From Octopus vulgaris (lineage: Eukaryota): 64,000 nucleotides of DNA. The position numbers and the translations under genes are program-made. Below the pieces are notes generated by a model. It was not told the origin of the DNA, did no database searches, and was given only the letters and a program-made list of their open reading frames with translations. Numbering within the stretch: the first letter of the stretch is position 1; every line of letters begins with the position of its first letter. Of the stretch, positions 56,359-64,000 are shown in pieces. The stretch is from assembly GCA_951406725.2 (NCBI GenBank), contig OX597822.1:43834001-43898000 (forward strand), read 5' to 3'.

Positions 56359-56436
56359 GCGGCTGAAGAAGGCCACAGACATACATTATGCATTGTTATA
56401 AATCTGTCTAATAAAGGCCCGAAACATATGTACCGC
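56359..56436 (+). ncRNA. Type-I hammerhead ribozyme with extended helix II
   Basis: GCGG-CTGAAGA-A-GGCC..(~40 nt)..GGCC-C-GAAA-CATATG-TA-CCGC. Confidence 0.8.
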
Positions 56437-56472
56437 TGAATCCTTCGCATCATGTCTTTATTTTATTTTGAT

Positions 56473-56542
<70 letters not shown>

Positions 56543-56545
<3 letters not shown>

Positions 56546-56845
56546 ATTAACAGAATGAGGTAAAAATCCAAGGCTGTGAAAGATTGCAGAACATTTATAA
56601 AGAGAAGATCTTACACCTGTTTCGGGATATTTTATATATCCTTTCATCGGAGACAGTGTGAGAAAATGGTCAAGCAATATTTATTCTAGAGAAGATATGA
56701 AATAGTGAAGTGGAGGAATGAAAACAGACGTGAGATATGCTGGGATATCGTATATGCAGATCCATTATTTAAGCAGAATGGTATACATATACGTTTCCTG
56801 TACCTTGTGTGTAAGTTCCAATGATATTTAAAATTGGTCATTCCA
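56543..56845 (-). mobile_element. Family C repeat with HHR at 56609-56653
   Basis: Minus strand TCT-CCGATGA-A-AGGATAT ataaa ATATCCC-GAAA-CAGGTG-TA-AGA. Confidence 0.72.
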
Positions 56846-57445
56846 AGCATAGGGTTTGTAAACGGTATTATTGAATCGAGGGGTTTTTTGAAGTGACTTT
56901 AAAGTTGGGGATGTGTTTGCATGGTCAAATCAAAAATAGGAAGAGGCGAAAAAATAAAGAGAGAAAGAAAAGAAAAGCGGGGAGAGAGATAATGAAGAAA
57001 TGAAGACCGAGAAAGTGTACTGATTAGTGGCCAGTCAAGATAAATTGGTAGAAGGAATGTAGAGGTGGGGATGATATGAGAGTGTAAAGAGATGAGAGAG
57101 TAAAGAGTAAAGGAGTGTCGGGTATGTAGTGTTATAGCCTAAGTGAAGGGCAAAGAGAGAGAGAAAGAGTTGGGTAGTAAAACGGTGAAATGAAGAATTT
57201 GGGAATATAGGTTAGGTTGCTTTAGAGGACAGGTCAGTGCTTAGTAGTAGAAAAAATATATATGGGAAGATATATTAACTTTCATATATAAAATATGCAT
57301 ATAGATATTTACACACATCAGCACACACATACGCATACAAAACTCATGTCTGTTACATGCATTACCGTATATACACGTTCACTTGTATCTATTTTTTACA
57401 TATAGAAACATTTTTGCACACACGCACACACACACACGCATATAT

Positions 57446-57507
<62 letters not shown>

Positions 57508-57729
57508 GCATAAATATATAAAAATTAGGTTGTATACACATAGAGACACACACATATATATATATTTATATATATGTTAAATATATTTTACATGTATAAA
57601 AATCCTTGCAAACACACACACACACACATATATATATGTATATATATATACATGTGTGTGTGTGTATTTATATATTTATATATGCATATATATGTATATA
57701 TATGTTTATATATATGCATAAATATATAT

Positions 57730-57789
<60 letters not shown>

Positions 57790-57881
57790 AGAACATCCAG
57801 GCAAATAACCCCTTACTCTGTTTCTATATATATACATATACTTACATACACGTACACAGATGCACATTCATACGACGTGCG

Positions 57882-57925
<44 letters not shown>

Positions 57926-58811
57926 CACACACTCCCAGATTGAATGCTAATCTTTAACGTTTTACCTTTTCCTATCTAAACATTGAGTGTGGAGAGGGAA
58001 CTGCAGTCCTCGAGTGAGTTTATTGAAAGGTGGGCGAAAGTTGCGAAAATAGCAAGAGTGGATGGTTCTTCTCTAAGTGTGAACCTGTAAGTCGGAGAGA
58101 AGGAATTGGAAACGCACTGGCACTTGGTGCTCGGGAGGGTTTTAAACAGTGGGGTTCCTCGATTATTCCTAGAGGTCATCTACCTCTCTATCACCTTACT
58201 CTTTTTGTTCACCTTTGTATACTATCTACATTTCCCTTCCTTTTCATTGTATACCGTGTATACTTACACTGTAGTGGTGTTTAGCTTTGGAGCCAATATC
58301 TCTCTCATTCGCTGCAGGTACTCTCTTTCTGTTTTTTCCTTCATATCATTGCGTTTGATTCCATCTGCCTCAAGCATTTCCAAGAATTTATAGCTGGATT
58401 GAGGTTGAATTGCCTTCAACATTTCACCTCATGGCAACCATATGCCTTCTGCCCGTCAGCTTGGCAAACCTCGCTTGACCTCGCTGTGTGAACTTTAGTA
58501 TACATTATTGAAATTCCTACCATTGTGGGCAATGAGTTAATTGCTGTCGACTGGTGAGTTTCTTTTCTCGTGCTGTTCCCTATTTGGGGAGAACACATCA
58601 ATTTAATTTATTTTTCATTCAAAATCTCTTTTCGTTTTCTCCCTAACATGGAGAAAATGGAATGCGGTGACGCTTGTATGTGAGAGAGGGTGGGAAGAGG
58701 AGAGTCACCAGATTTCAGTGAGATCTGGGGAATCTCCTCTATGTCGCTCCATCTCAAAAGCAAAAACAGACGACAAGTCTTATTTTAGCAACAAAAAGCT
58801 GGAAATTTGTA

Positions 58812-59265
58812 ATGAGGCCGGTTAAATTTCTCGGGTTCTGGTTTAGTCCAGATTTCCTAGTGGAGAAGAATTGGGATGAGGTGATAACCAGGGTGGCCAA
58901 CGTCACCCAGAAATGGGCTGAGAGAAAGCTATCTGTGAAAGGTCGGGCAGAGGTCGCAGATGTCTACATCGTATCCGTGATATATTACGGCCAGATCGTC
59001 ATAACCTGCTTCAGTTTATGTCTGACCAAACTGCAGCGCACACTCTCTGTGGAAGGGGCGCTTTCCGCTGGTCAGGCATTCCACTTGCTGTCAACACCCG
59101 CTGAATGAAGGACTGGGCATGATGTGGCTACTGACACGCAGACACGCGCTGAGACTACGACATCTCCAGCGTTTCCTTGACGACGAGCAGGTGTGGTCAC
59201 CGTTTGTCAGACACAATTTTTCACAATTCCTGTTTTTGTGTGAGCTGCAGTCCTAGATCAAGCTT
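58812..59265 (+). pseudogene. L1/Tx1 ORF2 fragment (post-RT region)
   Basis: VKFLGFWF..NW......QKW..RKLSVKGRA..V..Y, the typical KYLG..W..RxLSxxGR pattern. Confidence 0.75.
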
Positions 59266-59435
59266 TTGACTTTCGTTGCTAATTCTAGAGATCTCATTTG
59301 CAACTTCTATTAATCGTGGAGACAATCTGTCGAAATATTGTTCAATTCGTTCAGTTCGTTCAATTCAGTAAACAGAATCAATCTCTATTGCAAATCACAT
59401 CGCACTCTGCTTATTGTTTATTATAATTATAATTG

Positions 59436-59505
<70 letters not shown>

Positions 59506-59889
59506 CATCATCATCATCATGACAGCAACAACAACAATGATAAAAACTGAAGCAACGAAAAGTAAGCTACATTTTTATTTTTTAAGATTTAAAACTAAAT
59601 TTTTATAGTTTGCTTTTAAAAAATATTTATATTCAAAAGAAGAAACCTTTGTGAAATTTGTGAAAGATAGCGAGATTACTTAAAACTCTCAATAAGTCTG
59701 GAAGTAATAACGAAATAATTACATATATTGCGAACAGAACTGTTATTGAAAATAACATGTGTGTGTGTGTGTGTGTTTATGTGTGTGTGTATGTGCGTGT
59801 GAATGTGTGCGTGTCTCCGCGAGTGTGTGCGAATAGATATGTGTGCGCACGTATATATATATGTGTGTGTGTATGTGTGTGTATACGCT

Positions 59890-60252
59890 CTTTTTCCTAT
59901 CGACCCTGTAAACTTGATGGTAAATAATAATTTGTTCTTAACATATTGGGCTTCCAGACTACTTGTTTATACGATGTTTTCTTCCTTTTTCCTTCTTCCT
60001 TTTGTTTATATTCTATACTCTTGTTTTTCAGTCTGATGAAGATCTGTTGTCTTAATTCGAATGCCCCATGAAGATGAGGAATTTTATTCTCGCATTGATG
60101 TATAGACTGCATTTTGGCAGTCCGATCAGTAACAGCCGTAAGATATATTACGTCATCTGTTTTGTTATGCTATGCTTTGTATTTACAAAGTAAGCTATAA
60201 ATGTGATCCAATCGTTGTGTTGGTTAATGTGTGGTTTTCTACATTTTCTAAT

Positions 60253-60258
<6 letters not shown>
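59890..60258 (+). mobile_element. Short repeat with degenerate long-helix-II HHR-like motif (60033-60143)
   Basis: CTGATGA-A-GATC..(~80 nt)..GATC-A-GTAA-CAGCCG-TA; GAAA is mutated and helix I is weak; ends on (TA)n. Confidence 0.4.
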
Positions 60259-60310
<52 letters not shown>

Positions 60311-60313
<3 letters not shown>

Positions 60314-60463
60314 GAGCGTACGCTTCAATATATATTGAAGAGCGTAGGCTCGAAACGTTAAAGACTTGTTTTATTTATATTTGCTGAGCGCCATACTAAT
60401 ACAATTGTTTGTTTGTTTTCCACCTGCCTTCGTCTTTTGTCTATTTTCATAAAGCTTCCCGTT
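60311..60463 (+). mobile_element. 5'-truncated family A repeat
   Basis: TTGAAGAGCGTAGGCTCGAAACGTTAAAGAC plus a tail nearly identical to 10907-11033. Confidence 0.75.
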
Positions 60464-60498
60464 ATATATATATATATATATATGTGTGTGGGGGGTGG

Positions 60499-60923
60499 AG
60501 ATTTGTGTAAAACAAGAACAAAATTCTGCTTTCTTAAAATTGTGTCCATTTTAATTTTCCTGTCACATGTTTCGGTTTTACATGTTTAGTAGACTCCTAA
60601 GAAAACAAGTCTTGACCACACTACTTGCGCTCACAGTCACTTGAACTAGTGATGCTACCAGAACCAAAGGATATTATCATGCGTTTCTTGTAGGAAAAAG
60701 GAAAGTAAACTATGGATGTTAATCTTAATTTTAATTCTAATTTAATTTTTTTAATAGTTCTTTTTTCTTCACATTTTCCGTTTTAGTACGTAGTTTTGAT
60801 AAGGGTTTCAAAAACCGAAATATGTAAAAGGAAAATTAAAATGTACCCAATTTAAAGAAAGTACTATTTTCGGTCTTGTGTTTCATAATTATCTACTTAC
60901 TCGTGTGTTACCTTTACAAATCT

Positions 60924-60928
<5 letters not shown>
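60499..60928. mobile_element. Fold-back repeat, family L, with U3:A8 HHR-like motif at 60794-60828 (+)
   Basis: TTGATAA-G-GGTTT caa AAACC-GAAA-TATG-TA; diverged inverted arm 60499-60579 reads AAAACCGAAACATGTG on the minus strand. Confidence 0.55.
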
Positions 60929-60994
<66 letters not shown>

Positions 60995-60995
<1 letters not shown>

Positions 60996-61173
60996 GGGAG
61001 TAAACACAAAAATGTGAAACAAGGTGGAAAAAAAGAGTACTCAAATACCAGTGGTAGAGTAATATGCTTTATTTAAAGCAGCAGAAAATTCAACAAAATC
61101 TGTTACTCTGATGAACGGCAACGAGAAACTCAGAGTAACAGATTTTGTTGAATTTTCTGCTGCTTTAAATAAA

Positions 61174-61174
<1 letters not shown>
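60995..61174. mobile_element. Family G fold-back with HHR core at 61108-61141 (+)
   Basis: Perfect 45-bp inverted repeat 61067-61111 / 61130-61174; CTGATGA-ACG gcaa CGA-GAAA-CTCAGAG-TA-ACAG. Confidence 0.72.
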
Positions 61175-61264
<90 letters not shown>

Positions 61265-62714
61265 CAGTGGCGGCCAAAATGTTCAGAACGACATTGTTTT
61301 CGTCAGAAAAGTAGATATTAGTTTTTATCAAAGTTGTTTTATATTCTATAATTTTCACAGACATTTTCGTTTACTAAACATTAGTAAGAATATCTGCAGT
61401 GTACTTTGTTAATGTAATGCCACTTACTCCGTTACCAATTCGTTAGCAGATTATTAAGCTTCGAAAGAAGGATAATTTAAGTATTAGGTCTATTGCAAAG
61501 ATTGTTAACAAGTCAAAAAGTGTTGTTCACGGTATTCTTAAGGTCTACGATGATTGTGGTTCGTGTGAAGCAAGAAAGGCTACAGGTAGGCCAAGAAAAA
61601 CGACCAAGAGAGAAGATCGTGCTATGGTAAAGTTGGTTAAAAAGGACAGATTTAAAACTGTTGCTGCTGTTTTTCGGGAAATGAGCATTGTACTGAAGAA
61701 AACTTTATCTCGAAAAACTGTGTCTCGTCCTTGAACATGAACATTGAACATGACCTACAAGCAAGAGCACCTGCAGTGAAGTCACTGATCAGCTCCAAGA
61801 ATAAAAGGTGTCGTCTTACCTTTGCAACCGAAAATGTGTTGTGGTCTCAAGAAAAATGGCAAACGGTGCATTTCAGTGATGAATCTAAGCCTATGTTATT
61901 TGGCTCAGATGGGAAAAGGTACGTTCGTCGAAAAGCAGGTGAAAGATTGTCACCTAAATGCCTTAAGACTAGTGTTAAATTCGGTGGAAGAAGTGTCATA
62001 GTTTGGGAGATGATATCTGGAGAGGTTGTGGGCCCTTTGCTGCGATTACATGGAAAGGTGAATGCAGGAGTTTATAAACAACTTGTAAAAGATCATGTCT
62101 TGCCTGTGATGAGAAATTCAACTAAGCGACCACCCATATTCATGCAGGACAATGCCCCATGTCACAAGGCTAAGGTGGTCATGAACTTCCTCAAGGCTGA
62201 AAAGGTTATTGTTATGGATTGGCCTGCTCAAAGCACAGACCTCAATCCTATTCAAAATGTGTGGAATATTCTAGGAGAACGTTTGAAAGCCAGAAATCCT
62301 AAAACAACCGAGCAATTATGGAATGCCCTTCAGGAAGAATGGAATAAGATCACCCAGCAAGAAATTGAAAATTTAATTTCCCTATGCATTAAAATATGTC
62401 AAACTTTGATTGAAGCTAAAGGGCTTCACACTAAATATTAAATAATTCCAGCATTCTCTGCCACTTTTTGATTATTTTGTTATTTTTTCAACCGTTCTGA
62501 TCATTTTGGCCACCATGGGTTTTGGAGTAAATCACTATATTATCCATAACTTTTGTATTATCTACTCAAATTACACCTAAATCTCAGACAATACCAATTA
62601 ATATTGTATTTATTGTCTGTGAAAATTATAGAATATAAAACAACTTTAATAAAAAAACTTATATCTACTTTTCTGACGAAAACAATGCCGTTCTGAACAT
62701 TTCGGTCGCAACTG
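61265..62714 (+). mobile_element. Full-length Tc1-family transposon with long TIRs
   Basis: TA|CAGTGGCGGCCAAAATGTTCAGAACG.. and ..CGTTCTGAACATTTCGGTCGCAACTG|TA; ~100-bp TIR match; inner repeat CGTTCTGATCATTTTGGCCACCA at ~62494-62516 (IR/DR-like). Confidence 0.93.
61417..62441 (+). pseudogene. Tc1 transposase pseudogene
   Basis: HTH/GRPRK N-terminus with stops; ORF 61731-62441 has FSDES, MQDNAPCH and DLNPIQNVW (catalytic E replaced by Q). Confidence 0.9.
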
Positions 62715-62724
62715 TATATATACA

Positions 62725-63132
62725 CTTTTACTCTATTTTTTACTCTTATACTTTATCAGTCATTTGACTGCAGCCATGCTGGCGCACCGCCTTTAGTCGA
62801 GCAAATCGACCCCAGTACATATTCTTTGTAAGCCTAGTACTTATTCTAGCGGTCTCTTATGCCGAACGGCTAGGTTACGGGGATGTAAACACGCAAGCAT
62901 CTGTTGTCAAGCAATGTTGGGAGGACAAACACAGACACACAAACATGTACATATATATACATACATATATACGATCGGCGTATTTCAGTTTCCGTCTACC
63001 AAATCCACTCACAAGGATTTGGTCGGCCCGAGGCTATAGTAGAAGACACTTGCCCACGGTGCCACGCATTGGGACTGAACCCGAAACCATGTGATTAGTA
63101 AGCAAGCTACATACCACAGAGTCACTCCCACG

Positions 63133-63135
<3 letters not shown>
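62725..63135 (-). mobile_element. Full-length tRNA-derived SINE (third family)
   Basis: Colinear with 35055-35453; head fragments also at ~21115-21202, ~22935-23170 and ~35660-35810 on +. Confidence 0.85.
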
Positions 63136-63174
<39 letters not shown>

Positions 63175-64000
63175 TATATACGTGTTTGTGTGTGTGTGTG
63201 TATGTGTGTGTGTGTGTGTGAGTGTGTGTGTGTGTGCGTGCGCGTGCATGTATGTATATCAATTTATATACAGAACCGAAAGAGCTACTATTAGTTTCAT
63301 GCTGTTATGATACTTAAATACATGACCATGTATCTGAAAGCGATCTGTCAGACTCCGTTTATACGTCATTCATATTTTAAAACCAAAGACACTGGACAGT
63401 AAGAAGATAAGAAAAAAAGTGAAGACAACACGTGAAGAAGGTTGGTGCAAAAAATGCAACGAGTAAAACGAAACCAAATCAGTCTTCTTTGTGTATATAT
63501 ACTATATATATATCATATAAATGCAAGCTTATGTGGTTATGTATGTATGTTTAACATATGAAAGATCGGAAACGGTGCTTCGTCCGTACGTAATAATCAA
63601 AGCATATCTATGAGAAATTATTCAACTTTTAGGTAGATTACTCTCATACTATCCTTTACCATGAGTCCATCTTTTTCTATTATTTACCTTACTCTTTATC
63701 ACTCACTGTCTCTTCCCCCCTTTCTATCTCTCGTCCTCTCTCTATAAATATATTATCTATCACGCATTGCGTCCATTTTGTTTTAAATTTCGTTTTCTAA
63801 TGTTTAATTTCATTTTTATCACAACTATCACGCACAAATCCTGTTTCCTGATTGGGTAAAAATGACCAAAATTTTTCTGAAATTTGCTTGAATAAATGTA
63901 ACTCAAACTCGGATTCAGTGTGAAAAAAGTAGATCAATCTACCAAATTTGAAACTTTCCACATTATTTTAAAATTTCAAAATCTATGACAACAACAAATA

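Larger units (their letters stand above)
52966..56474 (+). mobile_element. 5'-truncated Penelope-like element, Naiad-like, with ~2-kb 3' region ending in an HHR
   Basis: Bounded by (TA)n at 52802-52915 and 56475-56542; open frame to 54438; HHR about 40 nt before the 3' TA tract. Confidence 0.8.

Overview
AT-rich, microsatellite-saturated eukaryotic DNA with no recognisable host protein-coding gene. The repeat content resembles coleoid cephalopod (Octopus-like) intergenic or intronic sequence; that is an inference. Nearly all ORF-track entries are translations of (TA)n, (CA)n, (TCTA)n or trinucleotide repeats. Supported elements are two decayed Tc1/mariner transposons, a Merlin-like MITE, CR1/L2-group, L1/Tx1, RTE and RLE-type LINE remnants, three SINE families, and two Penelope-like elements (PLEs): one Neptune-like and heavily inverted, one Naiad-like. 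The main hidden signal is about two dozen minimal type-I hammerhead ribozyme (HHR) motifs, intact to degenerate, from roughly a dozen sequence families. They sit in the two PLE 3' ends and in short non-coding units that mostly abut (TA)n tracts and often fold back as inverted arms. Helix III is almost always palindromic, and core variants include U3:A8, A3:U8, A6U, U4C and very long helix II. All calls were made by eye; coordinates are approximate to a few bases.
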